Assembly: GCA_964452165.1 (NCBI GenBank)
Contig: CAYVKP010000001.1
Span: forward strand, 426,375-490,374
Direction: 5' to 3'
Source of the DNA: an uncultured Gammaproteobacteria bacterium
GTDB lineage: Bacteria > Patescibacteriota > Microgenomatia > Levybacterales > GWA1-39-11
Length of the DNA: 64,000 nucleotides
The position numbers and the translations under genes are program-made. The stretch's first letter is position 1; each line of letters opens with the position of its first letter. Positions 46,816 to 56,665 of this stretch are shown here, one piece after another. Under the pieces are notes generated by a model. That model worked only from the letters and a program-made list of their open reading frames with translations, made no database searches and had not been told where the DNA came from.

Positions 46816-48477
46816 GTGGAAAAAATATTCAAGCAAAAATCGATTTTATTTCTTGCACTAATAATAATTATTGCAGCTTTTCTAAGATTTTATCATCTAG
46901 CCAGTAATCCTCCAAGTCTGACGTGGGACGAAGCCGCTTGGGGTTACAATGCCTATTCGATAGGAATTGATGGAAAAGATGAGTTTGGGAGATTTCTTCC
47001 AATAACATATCTGGAGTCTTTTGGAGACTTTAAGCCTCCAATGTACGCATATCTTGATGTGCTACCTGTAAAAATTCTAGGCTTAAACGAGTTTGCTACG
47101 CGTTTTCCCTCTGCTTTTTTTGGAGTCCTTACTATTCTAGTATGTTATTTCTTGACCAAGAGAATATTTAAGGGATCTAAAAATGTTGAACTTTATGCAG
47201 GTCTGTCATCTCTGCTTCTCGCTATTTCTCCATGGCATATTCTCCTCTCACGCGCGGCATTTGAAGCAAACGTTGCATCATTTTTTATAGCCCTTGGAAT
47301 ATTATGCTTTCTTGAGGCAGTCCAGAGGAAAAAATGGTTTATCGTGGGTTCTGCGATTTCATTCGTCTTATCTATGTATACGTTTAATACCGCCAGGGTT
47401 TTTACTCCCATCATTGTCTTGGTGCTGGTTTTTGCTTTCAGAAAAAAACTTTTTCAAATTAAGAAAGAGATTATAATTGCCGCGGTAGTTGGCGGATTAA
47501 TGTTTATCCCGCTTTTCTTCTTTCTGTTGACTCCTCAAGCCAAGCTGAGATTTCAAGAGGTTAATATTTTTAGTGATCCCGGTATTGTCAAAACTTCAAA
47601 TCAAAAAATAGCAAACGATGACGGCGCCATTTGGTCAAAAGTCATCAATAATAGAAGGGTTTATTATGGTTTAAGTTTTATGAATCACTATTTTGACAAT
47701 CTCGGTCCTCTGTTCTTATTCATAAGAGGAGATGGGAATCCCAAGTTTTCAATCCAAACAGTCGGCCAAATGTATATTTGGGAAATCATAACTTTGGCGG
47801 CCGGAGTTATTTTGCTCTTCAGAAAAAGAGAGGGAGAGTGGTGGTTAATTCCTGTCTGGCTCCTGCTGGGAATTATTCCTGCGGCAACTGCTAGGGAAAC
47901 TCCACATGCTTTAAGAATTGAAACAACACTACCAACATTCCAAATTCTTTCAGCCTACGGACTTGTAGGTTTGTATCAGATTATTGCCGAAACAAAACGA
48001 AGGATTTTTAAAATACATTTGTCCACAATCGTTTTGTATTATTTTCTAATCTTTGCCATATTCAACTTCTTATATTTTTACCATGACTATTTTGCAAACT
48101 ACCCAAAGGTTTATTCTCGGGAGTGGCAGTATGGCTATAAAGATTCAATAGATTACGTCAGTCAGGTTGCGAATAGGTACGACAGGGTATACACCACAAC
48201 TTCTTTGGGAAGACCATATATTTACTACCTATACTATATGAAGATTTCACCCGATGAATTCAGAAAAAATTCTACTGTCAGTCGCGACCCCTTTGGATTT
48301 GTAACAGTAAAAAGAGTTGGAAAATTTTATTTCGGTAGCAACGATTCTCGAGATCGCGCAAAACAGCACAGCGTTCTTTACATAATGGGTAATCCTGACA
48401 TTCCGGGTAATGCTCAAATTCTTAAAAAGTTTAATTCACTTGACGGTAGCTTTGTTCTTGCAGCTTACACTTTATAA
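46816..48477 (+). CDS. GT-C ArnT/PMT-family glycosyltransferase
   Basis: WDEAAWGYNAYS..GKDE, GDFKPP, SPWH..SRAAFE, PHALR, WQYG. Confidence 0.83.
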   Translation: MEKIFKQKSILFLALIIIIAAFLRFYHLASNPPSLTWDEAAWGYNAYSIGIDGKDEFGRFLPITYLESFGDFKPPMYAYLDVLPVKILGLNEFATRFPSAFFGVLTILVCYFLTKRIFKGSKNVELYAGLSSLLLAISPWHILLSRAAFEANVASFFIALGILCFLEAVQRKKWFIVGSAISFVLSMYTFNTARVFTPIIVLVLVFAFRKKLFQIKKEIIIAAVVGGLMFIPLFFFLLTPQAKLRFQEVNIFSDPGIVKTSNQKIANDDGAIWSKVINNRRVYYGLSFMNHYFDNLGPLFLFIRGDGNPKFSIQTVGQMYIWEIITLAAGVILLFRKREGEWWLIPVWLLLGIIPAATARETPHALRIETTLPTFQILSAYGLVGLYQIIAETKRRIFKIHLSTIVLYYFLIFAIFNFLYFYHDYFANYPKVYSREWQYGYKDSIDYVSQVANRYDRVYTTTSLGRPYIYYLYYMKISPDEFRKNSTVSRDPFGFVTVKRVGKFYFGSNDSRDRAKQHSVLYIMGNPDIPGNAQILKKFNSLDGSFVLAAYTL

Positions 48478-48479
48478 AT

Positions 48480-50132
48480 ATGTCTAAAAAAACAGTTATA
48501 TTAATGCTTGTTGGGATTGTTTTTGTAGCGTCCATTTTGCGCTTGTGGCAGCTCGGGAGTATTCCGCCCTCACCGGACTGGGACGAGGCAGCCCTTGGTT
48601 ATAATGCCTACTCAATTTTGCTGACAGGCAAAGATGAGTACGGGAAAGTGCTGCCGGTAGTATTGCGATCGTTCGACGATTACAAGCCGGCATTCTACGT
48701 CTATCTGATAGTTCCGTTAATTAAGCTTTTTGACCTTAGTACTTTCACGGTTAGATTACCATCTGCAATATTCGGTGTTATCGCAGTTGTTGCAACTTTC
48801 TTTCTTGTCCAGACGATTTTTGACAAACACAAATACAGGGATTCACTTTCACTTCTCGCGGCGTTTATCCTAGCAATTTCACCAATTGCGCTTCAAGTCT
48901 CCCGTATCGCATTTGAATCAAACGTTGGAATGGCATTAAATCTTCTAGCCGCCCTATTTTTTATCAGAGGTCTTAAGAACCATAAACTAATTTTCTTATC
49001 GGTGGCGTGTGCTGTACTTTCAATATATACATACCAAAGCGAAAAAGTTTTTACCCCGCTTTTTATGTTTGTGCTCGTAGTTATCTACTGGAAGAATTTT
49101 TTTGCTTTACCCAAGAGATACATAGTTGGCAGCATAGTTTTTGGAATAATTATTATTTCCCCCATGCTTATTTTCCTGACCACAAATAAAGCCGCGCTCT
49201 TGCGCGCTCAGGCAACTAGCATTCTTGCTGACAAGACTGGTCTTTTGAAGCAAAATGTTACCAGGCAAACTTATGACAGGCAAAGTGGTGATAAGCTGGG
49301 ACAGGTTCTTGATAATAGGAGGTTTGAATACGCAAAAGATTTTGTAGCAGGTTACATTTCACATTTTGATTTTAATTGGGCGTTTATAAATGGTGATCTA
49401 AAACGTCACCATGCACCCAATACTGCGCTTTTGTACCTTTGGGAAATCCCCTTCTTGCTACTTGGGATATATTATTTGATTTTTGGTGAGATTGAAACTA
49501 AAACTAAATTGTTAGTTTTCTCGTGGTTTCTCATAGCCCCAGTACCCGCAGCGTTTACAACCGGTGTTCCTCACGCGCTTAGAACTCTAAATTTCCTACC
49601 AACTTTTCAAATATTCACCGCAGTGGGTTTACTCGGTGCAATTCATGTTGGCTTAAAGAACAAAAATAAGCTTAGATATCTTCCCATTCTTGGAGCAGCA
49701 ATCTTCATAGTCTTTAATTTCATTTTCTTTTTGGATCAATACTATAACCAGCAAAACTATTTTTATGCTGCCGAGTGGCAGTATGGTTGGCAACAAGCGG
49801 TAGATTTTGTAAAGCCTGTCGAAGGAAAATACGACAAAATAATAGTTTCGACTAAAGAACCCCTCGACGAGGCGCATATGTTTTTTGCCTTTTACTTAAA
49901 GTATCCCCCATTGGATTATCAAAAGACTGCCGGACAAAAGTCTGGTGGATTTGGAGTAGAAAGACATTACGGAAAATATGAATTTAGACCTGTTGACTGG
50001 GATAAAGACTCTAAATTACCAAATACTTTGATAGTCGCAACCCCACACGAGATTCCCGATACGACGGCAACAGTTGAAACGATTAACGATCTAAATGGTT
50101 CCACAGTAATGAGAATTGCCAGCACTAAATGA
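48480..50132 (+). CDS. GT-C ArnT/PMT-family glycosyltransferase
   Basis: WDEAALGYNAYS..GKDE, DDYKP, SRIAFE, PHALR, WQYG. Confidence 0.83.
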   Translation: MSKKTVILMLVGIVFVASILRLWQLGSIPPSPDWDEAALGYNAYSILLTGKDEYGKVLPVVLRSFDDYKPAFYVYLIVPLIKLFDLSTFTVRLPSAIFGVIAVVATFFLVQTIFDKHKYRDSLSLLAAFILAISPIALQVSRIAFESNVGMALNLLAALFFIRGLKNHKLIFLSVACAVLSIYTYQSEKVFTPLFMFVLVVIYWKNFFALPKRYIVGSIVFGIIIISPMLIFLTTNKAALLRAQATSILADKTGLLKQNVTRQTYDRQSGDKLGQVLDNRRFEYAKDFVAGYISHFDFNWAFINGDLKRHHAPNTALLYLWEIPFLLLGIYYLIFGEIETKTKLLVFSWFLIAPVPAAFTTGVPHALRTLNFLPTFQIFTAVGLLGAIHVGLKNKNKLRYLPILGAAIFIVFNFIFFLDQYYNQQNYFYAAEWQYGWQQAVDFVKPVEGKYDKIIVSTKEPLDEAHMFFAFYLKYPPLDYQKTAGQKSGGFGVERHYGKYEFRPVDWDKDSKLPNTLIVATPHEIPDTTATVETINDLNGSTVMRIASTK

Positions 50133-51409
50133 AAAAATCAATTTCGAAATTTTGGAATACAGAAATTTTTGGAGTCGGCCTTCCTGTAATTATCGTTTTT
50201 GCTATAGAGATAGTCTTAAGATCTTATCAAATTGATATCAAAAACCCGTTTGGATATGATCAAGTTGATAATGCATGGGCCGCCAAAAACATAATAGTTA
50301 ACCACTGGTATCCTCTCGTTGGAATGGTGGCAAAAGCCAATTCGGGAATTTATATAGGACCGGCATATTATTATTTGATATCTGTCTTCTATTGGTTTTC
50401 AAACCTTAATCCGGTTGCGTCAAGTCTATTTGCTATTTTCACAAGCGCCGTCTCTTTTTGGATTTTATATTACGCGACTTCTCGTTTATTTTCAAAAGAA
50501 GTGGCATTTATTGCAGTTTTCATAAATACGTTTAACTTCATAACAATGTTATTTGACAAAATCCAATGGCCCGTAGGGTTTTTGCCTGCGATATCACTTT
50601 TGATTTTCTACCTTTTATATAAATCAATAACAGGGGATATCAAGAAATTAATCCCATTAGGTATCGCAATAGGAATTGCTTTTAATCTACATTTCACAGC
50701 AATATTTTTTCCAATTATCGCACTTCTATGCTTTCCTTTTTTGCCCAGAACCCGACAAACTCTTAAGTATTTATTTTTGTCGCTTCTATCGTTTATTCCA
50801 TGGCTCATCCCGAGCGGCATTTACATGTGGGTAAACAAAACGTCAGGTTCCAACGTTTCATATATCAATAACTATTATCACGGATTTCATCTTCGAAGAT
50901 TCCTGCAGATAATAGGTGATGCATTTTTGCATTTTGATACTTATCTTCCTGATAATATCAAAAAGATAAAGTTAGCATTGCCCATAATTTTTGCGATAGT
51001 ATATCTTAAGGATAAAATCAAAAATGAAAATAAAATTAAATTTCTTTACATTGCCGGTCTATTCTTCTTAGTGCCATGGATAGTTTTTTCTACCTATAAA
51101 GGTGAGATGACTGATTATTATTACTCCATACATCGTTTTTTGGCCTTAGTAATTATCTCCTACCTAATTTATAAAATTTGGTTGGTAAAAAATATTGTCG
51201 CAAAAGCATTCGTCTTGGTGATGCTTAGTATTTACGCGTACTACAACCTGGCTATGTATTTGCCCTATAAAGATGTAGGTCTTGCAAAGCGAACCGAAAG
51301 AGCGGTGGATGCAGTTAACGGGGGAAGCAGGATAGAATTTCAGGTTGGGGTTCCTGAGTCATATATATATTACTACTTGATGAGACAAAGGGGAAAAGAC
51401 GTTTACTAA
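50129..51409 (+). CDS. GT-C ArnT-like membrane protein
   Basis: FGYDQVDN, PLVG, GPAYYY; polytopic. Confidence 0.7.
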   Translation: MKKSISKFWNTEIFGVGLPVIIVFAIEIVLRSYQIDIKNPFGYDQVDNAWAAKNIIVNHWYPLVGMVAKANSGIYIGPAYYYLISVFYWFSNLNPVASSLFAIFTSAVSFWILYYATSRLFSKEVAFIAVFINTFNFITMLFDKIQWPVGFLPAISLLIFYLLYKSITGDIKKLIPLGIAIGIAFNLHFTAIFFPIIALLCFPFLPRTRQTLKYLFLSLLSFIPWLIPSGIYMWVNKTSGSNVSYINNYYHGFHLRRFLQIIGDAFLHFDTYLPDNIKKIKLALPIIFAIVYLKDKIKNENKIKFLYIAGLFFLVPWIVFSTYKGEMTDYYYSIHRFLALVIISYLIYKIWLVKNIVAKAFVLVMLSIYAYYNLAMYLPYKDVGLAKRTERAVDAVNGGSRIEFQVGVPESYIYYYLMRQRGKDVY

Positions 51410-51453
51410 TACTGCCTCAAGCTCAGCCAATTGTGATATCATAATATTTATCA

Positions 51454-52227
51454 ATGCAGACCCTATCTGTAGTACTTGCGACATATAACGAAGAAAAAAA
51501 TCTAAAAGCTTGTCTTGAGAGTTTTGCCGACTTTGCAGATGAGATCGTAATCGTTGACGGTTCATCTACCGACAAAACTGCTGAGATTGCTCGTGAATTC
51601 GGGGCAAAAGTTAAAGAGACCACAAACAAGCCGAATTTTCATATTAATAAGCAGATGGCAATTGATGCCGCAAAATGTGACTGGATACTTCAAATGGACG
51701 CCGATGAGCATGTCTCAAAAGAATTGAAGGAAGAAATTGCGGAAATACTAAAGGAGAATCCCAAGGAATACAATGGATATTGGATTTCGAGAAAAAACTT
51801 TTTCTTAGGCAGATTTCTTAAAAAGGGCGGGCAATTTCCGGATTACACACTGAGGCTTTATCGGAAAGGAAAAGGAAGGCTTCCACAAAAAGACGTGCAT
51901 GAACAGGCGGAAGTTGAGGGGAAAGTGGGACATCTTAAACACTCCTTATTACACTATCCTTATTCGAGCTTCGGTTTTTATTTGAAAAAGTGGAATAGGT
52001 ATAACGACTTCTCAGCAGCTCAGATCAAGGAAGAAGAAGAGAGTAAAAATATAATCCTGAAAATTTATGACGCATGTTTATATCTATTTGTGAAACCCAT
52101 TGTGTGGTTTCTTACAACCTACATTAGACATAAGGGATTTGTTGATTCTTGGCAGGGATTCGTTTTCTCGTTTTTCTCAGCTGCTAGATTTCCTGTATCT
52201 TATGTAATATATTTAACCAGATCATGA
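51454..52227 (+). CDS. GT2 glycosyltransferase (WaaE/KdtX-like)
   Basis: YNEEKNL, MDADE, PDYTLRLY, VHEQ. Confidence 0.87.
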   Translation: MQTLSVVLATYNEEKNLKACLESFADFADEIVIVDGSSTDKTAEIAREFGAKVKETTNKPNFHINKQMAIDAAKCDWILQMDADEHVSKELKEEIAEILKENPKEYNGYWISRKNFFLGRFLKKGGQFPDYTLRLYRKGKGRLPQKDVHEQAEVEGKVGHLKHSLLHYPYSSFGFYLKKWNRYNDFSAAQIKEEEESKNIILKIYDACLYLFVKPIVWFLTTYIRHKGFVDSWQGFVFSFFSAARFPVSYVIYLTRS

Positions 52228-53210
52228 AAATTTTAGTAACCGGAGGAGCAGGATATATTGGAAGTTTTATGGCACGCGCCTTACTAGATAGGGGAGATCA
52301 GGTTGTGGTCTTCGATAGTCTTGAGAGAGGTCACGCTGAAGTCATTGACTCCAGATCGGAGTTTATTAAAGGCGATCTTAAGAACAAAACAGATGTTGAG
52401 GCAGTTTTTCAAAATAGAGGAATAGAAGCTGTTATGCATTTCGGTGCTTATGCGCTTGTAGAGGAGTCAACTCGGGAGCCAGATTTGTATTATCAAAACA
52501 ACGTAGTAGGTTCAGATAATCTATTTAGAGCGGCCGTAAAAAATGGTATCCATAGTTTAATATTCTCCTCAACTGCCGCGGTTTACGGCATTCCATCTCA
52601 AGTTCCAATTCCGGAAGATCACCCTAAGAATCCTACTAATCCTTATGGACAGACTAAACTAAAGGTGGAAGAGAATTTAGAGCAATTGAGAACAGAAAAT
52701 CCGGATACAAATTTTGCAGTACTACGCTACTTTAATGCAGCAGGCGCTGCTCCGACTGGACGATTCGGGGAGAACCACAAGCCGGAGACTCATATAATTC
52801 CACTTGCGATAAGAGCGGCTCTTTCGGGTTCTGAATTTAGTCTTTTCGGAACCGACTATGATACCCCAGATGGGACATGTATACGAGATTACATACACGT
52901 TCTCGATTTAGTTGATGCTCACATTCTGGCACTTCAAAAACTAAACCAAACTCTGGGTGGATTTTATTACAATGTTGGTACAGGCAAGGGGTATTCGAAT
53001 AGAGAAGTGGTTAGTGCAATTGAGAAAGTGAGCGGCAAAAAAATTGATGTAATTGAGAAGGGTAGAAGAGCCGGAGACCCCGATAGGTTGGTGGCAGATC
53101 CTTCCAGAATAAACCGAGAACTTTCTTTTAATCCTCATAATTCTGACCTTGAGACAATAGTCAAGAATGCTTGGGTTTGGCACAAAAACCAGTTTGATCA
53201 AATACAATGA
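52224..53210 (+). CDS. galE: UDP-glucose 4-epimerase
   Basis: TGGAGYIGS, FSSTAAVYG, YGQTK, LRYFNAAGA, DGTCIRDYIHV. Confidence 0.95.
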   Translation: MKILVTGGAGYIGSFMARALLDRGDQVVVFDSLERGHAEVIDSRSEFIKGDLKNKTDVEAVFQNRGIEAVMHFGAYALVEESTREPDLYYQNNVVGSDNLFRAAVKNGIHSLIFSSTAAVYGIPSQVPIPEDHPKNPTNPYGQTKLKVEENLEQLRTENPDTNFAVLRYFNAAGAAPTGRFGENHKPETHIIPLAIRAALSGSEFSLFGTDYDTPDGTCIRDYIHVLDLVDAHILALQKLNQTLGGFYYNVGTGKGYSNREVVSAIEKVSGKKIDVIEKGRRAGDPDRLVADPSRINRELSFNPHNSDLETIVKNAWVWHKNQFDQIQ

Positions 53211-53725
53211 GACGGTTACTCTCGTCGGTTATTCTTCTGTTTTTCCTATCTTCCCATGTAGTCTACGCCAGCTCTTCATACGTTTTGCCTTATCCATCAG
53301 CCATGCCAGGGAGCATATTCTACAAAATAGATCAGGTCAAAGAGCGACTCATGGGCCTATGGACTTTTGGTGATTTTGGGCAGTTCACATACAACCTGAA
53401 AGAATCGGATAAATATTTAGTAGAAGCAAAAACTTTATTTGATTACAACCAATACTTACTAGGTTATCAAGCCCTAATTAAATCGGACAATTATTTTAGG
53501 AAAATCGAACCTCATATTATTGCAGCAAAGAAACACGGCAAGAATATACAGGCGGAGGCCGCGACCCTGAAAGAAGCAGAGGAAAAACATATTGGAGAGC
53601 TCACAAAAATGAAAATGAATGTTCCGCAGATCTTCAATTGGCAACCGGAGAAGTCAAAATCTACAAATCTTGAACTTTGGTCTGCTATTGATAATTCTAT
53701 TAAACAAAGAGAAGGGGCTTTATGA
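53207..53725 (+). CDS. Secreted helical protein (DUF5667-like)
   Basis: Signal peptide ending VYA-S, then YVLPYPSAMPGSIFY. Confidence 0.6.
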   Translation: MRRLLSSVILLFFLSSHVVYASSSYVLPYPSAMPGSIFYKIDQVKERLMGLWTFGDFGQFTYNLKESDKYLVEAKTLFDYNQYLLGYQALIKSDNYFRKIEPHIIAAKKHGKNIQAEAATLKEAEEKHIGELTKMKMNVPQIFNWQPEKSKSTNLELWSAIDNSIKQREGAL

Positions 53726-54840
53726 TTCGCTCGGTTTTAATTTATATCGTACTATTTTTCTTGTTCTCACTATTTACTTATCTTTTCATAGATCCTAATT
53801 TTTTATATCTTAAGTTTTTGTATTCGGGATTTTTCAGTGCTAATAGGTTAGTTACCACAACACTATACGTTTTCTTTATCTCAACGCTATTCTATCTGTA
53901 TGTGATTATTTTAAAAAAATCTAAAGATAGAGGGGTCGGTAAAATGAAAAAGCTAATAATAATACCACTTGCCGGTTTATTATCCTATCCGGCAGCACTT
54001 TCATTCGACCTATTCAACTATATAGCAACCGCAAAAGTTACTTTTCACTATTTTGAAAATCCGTACGTAATTATGCCGATTCAATTTTTTGGTGATCCAG
54101 TATTACTTTTTACTCACGCAGCTAATAAAACAGCGCTCTACGGGCCATTATGGATTCTATTGACATCTGTACCTTTTTATTCATCCTTTAATAATTACCT
54201 AATTTCCATAGCCCTTTTTAAATTACTGATAGCCGGGTTTTTCTTCGGAATAGTTTGGCTAATTTGGAAGATGACCAAAAGCTCCATGTCCGTATTATAT
54301 TTTGCCGCAAGTCCTTTGGTTTTGATCGAAACATTTGTGAGCGGACACAACGATGTGGTTATGATGTTTTTCGCTCTTGCTTCATTATATTTTCTTAAAG
54401 AAAAAAAAATCTACTATTCGATTATTCTACTTATATGCTCAATCCTCATAAAGTTTGCAACTCTGTTTCTCCTTCCCGTGTTCATTTACTATCTTTACCT
54501 CAAAATTAATAAGAAAGAAGTAGACTGGAATAGAATGTTTTTCATTTCCTTCTTTTTAATGTCGGTAGTATTTTTTCTCGCTCCAATTCGAGAGGAAATT
54601 TATCCATGGTATGCAATATGGCCCATGACATTCCTGTCACTATTTGTGACAGCAAAAAAGACAATTGCAGGAATTTTTACCGTTTTTTCTCTCGGCCTTA
54701 TGCTGCGGTATATTCCATTCATGTTGCTAGGCACGTATTTTGGTCCCACTCCTTTGATTAAAATACTTTTAACTTTTCTACCACCGACGTTATATTTTGC
54801 ATCGACCATTTTAATGAAGAAGAATAAGACTATCCAATAA
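53722..54840 (+). CDS. GT-C membrane glycosyltransferase, MptA/MptB-like (paralogue of 16009)
   Basis: SFDLFNY, ENPY, LYGPLW, PLVLIE..GHND, YPWY. Confidence 0.75.
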   Translation: MIRSVLIYIVLFFLFSLFTYLFIDPNFLYLKFLYSGFFSANRLVTTTLYVFFISTLFYLYVIILKKSKDRGVGKMKKLIIIPLAGLLSYPAALSFDLFNYIATAKVTFHYFENPYVIMPIQFFGDPVLLFTHAANKTALYGPLWILLTSVPFYSSFNNYLISIALFKLLIAGFFFGIVWLIWKMTKSSMSVLYFAASPLVLIETFVSGHNDVVMMFFALASLYFLKEKKIYYSIILLICSILIKFATLFLLPVFIYYLYLKINKKEVDWNRMFFISFFLMSVVFFLAPIREEIYPWYAIWPMTFLSLFVTAKKTIAGIFTVFSLGLMLRYIPFMLLGTYFGPTPLIKILLTFLPPTLYFASTILMKKNKTIQ

Positions 54841-54841
54841 G

Positions 54842-56665
54842 ATGTTGGCTTTATTTTTTCTACTGACAGTAATAAGTAATGGTTGGCTTTTGTCGAAGAA
54901 CTTCCTCTCAGATTACAAAAAAAACCTTCTTGCAAATTCTTTTATCCTTGGATCAATAACTTCTGTTTCGTTAATTACAGTTTTATTATTTGTAACTCAT
55001 GAGATTTCTCATGCGTTGTGGATATACGCTGGGATATCGGTATTTTTTTTCTTAATAAATCACAAAAGTGTTGGGGATATAAGGGAAACCCTCGATAGGA
55101 AAAACCTCATACATTTGGCAGTTTTTTTGTTAACGTTTCTAGTCTTTGAAAAATCTTTTTCTTACGACCCGCATAACAAACAATTTTTGATAGCATCGAA
55201 TCTATATCAAGATTTTGGTGCCCATATACCCTTTATGCGTTATCTGACTTTCGGAAAGAACTATATCCCAGAAATACCCTTTTTTGGTGGATCAGGCCTT
55301 ACATATCACTTTATGTTCGATTTTTACGCTGGAATACTTGAGTACTTAGGCTTGAGATTAGACTATGCCATCAATTTAATATCCACTCTTTCTTTTGTGT
55401 CGTTTGCCAGTGTAATGGTTACATTTGGCTACCGCTTTTTTAAAAGTAGAGCGGTGGGAGTTGTTGCGATTATTTTCATGATTCTAAATAGCGACTTATC
55501 AATCATGAATCTTATTGGTAAATACGGCTTATCTTTTGCTTCTATTTACCACAATAATACTTATCCTGTGGGAAATATATTGGGGTTGGTTATTAATGAG
55601 AACTTTCTTAATATAAATGTACTTCTTAATCAACGCCATTTAATTTTCGCGCTAGCAAGTTTGATTTTGATTTGCTCCAGCTTATTTGCTTCAAAAGGAA
55701 AACTAAACGGTATCCAAACGATTTTCTTAGGTACCATTATCGGACTTATGGTTTTCTGGCATGTATCCGTTTCGATTTGCATTTTCATTTTACTTTTTTC
55801 TTTCGGCTTATTTTTTAAAGACCTGAGAGGAGTTATCGTTAGGGTGTTGTTGGTCGCCTTGGTAGTAAGCGCCCCGCAATTTTACTATATCAAACTGCAT
55901 TCAGACAATAACATTGTATTTATGCCGGGATTCATGATAGCAAAATCTTTATCGGCTAAGAATTTTATTCTATTCTGGATATGGAATTTAGGGTTTTCAA
56001 TTCCAGTGGTAATATTCGGGTTTCTGGCTGGTAACAATCACCAGAGGAAGTTTTTCCTGTGTTTCTTACCCATTTTTATAGTTGCGAATTTGTTTCAATT
56101 CTCAAAAGACATGTTTGATAACCATAAGTTCTTCAATGTTTGGATAGTCTCACTGAACATGCTTGCAGCATATGGCGTTTGGAGCATTTTTAATAGGCAA
56201 AATTATAGATTTGTAGTAATACCCTTAGTTCTCCTTTTGACGGTTTCCGGGTTTCTTCATTTGGTGGTCGTAAAAAATGATGTGTATGCTCGGATAACAG
56301 ATTACAAGTTCAGTAGTACGTTCTCGTGGATAAATAAGAATACAAAATCGGAGGAGATATTGCTTACAAATGGGGAAATCTACGATCCTCTATCTATCGC
56401 AGGCGCCAAAATATTCCTAGGAAGACCCCGATATATTTATCTTTACGGAGGAGACCCGGGCGTTAGAATGTTTGATGAGTCATTAGTTTTTTCTGGCACA
56501 AATAAAAAAGCAATATTTAGCGTTCTAAAATCAAGTAAAATCAGATATATCGTAATTTATAAGACGGGATTTGCAACAAACGCCCAAAAAGTTAATACAG
56601 CCTTTATGAATGATAACTTTTTAAAAATTTATGAGAACAGCGAAAGCACTGTATACAAAATATAA
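54842..56665 (+). CDS. Polytopic membrane protein, probable GT-C
   Basis: YQDFGAH..P....YHF loop, FWH, DNHKFF, C-terminal soluble domain; family uncertain. Confidence 0.55.
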   Translation: MLALFFLLTVISNGWLLSKNFLSDYKKNLLANSFILGSITSVSLITVLLFVTHEISHALWIYAGISVFFFLINHKSVGDIRETLDRKNLIHLAVFLLTFLVFEKSFSYDPHNKQFLIASNLYQDFGAHIPFMRYLTFGKNYIPEIPFFGGSGLTYHFMFDFYAGILEYLGLRLDYAINLISTLSFVSFASVMVTFGYRFFKSRAVGVVAIIFMILNSDLSIMNLIGKYGLSFASIYHNNTYPVGNILGLVINENFLNINVLLNQRHLIFALASLILICSSLFASKGKLNGIQTIFLGTIIGLMVFWHVSVSICIFILLFSFGLFFKDLRGVIVRVLLVALVVSAPQFYYIKLHSDNNIVFMPGFMIAKSLSAKNFILFWIWNLGFSIPVVIFGFLAGNNHQRKFFLCFLPIFIVANLFQFSKDMFDNHKFFNVWIVSLNMLAAYGVWSIFNRQNYRFVVIPLVLLLTVSGFLHLVVVKNDVYARITDYKFSSTFSWINKNTKSEEILLTNGEIYDPLSIAGAKIFLGRPRYIYLYGGDPGVRMFDESLVFSGTNKKAIFSVLKSSKIRYIVIYKTGFATNAQKVNTAFMNDNFLKIYENSESTVYKI

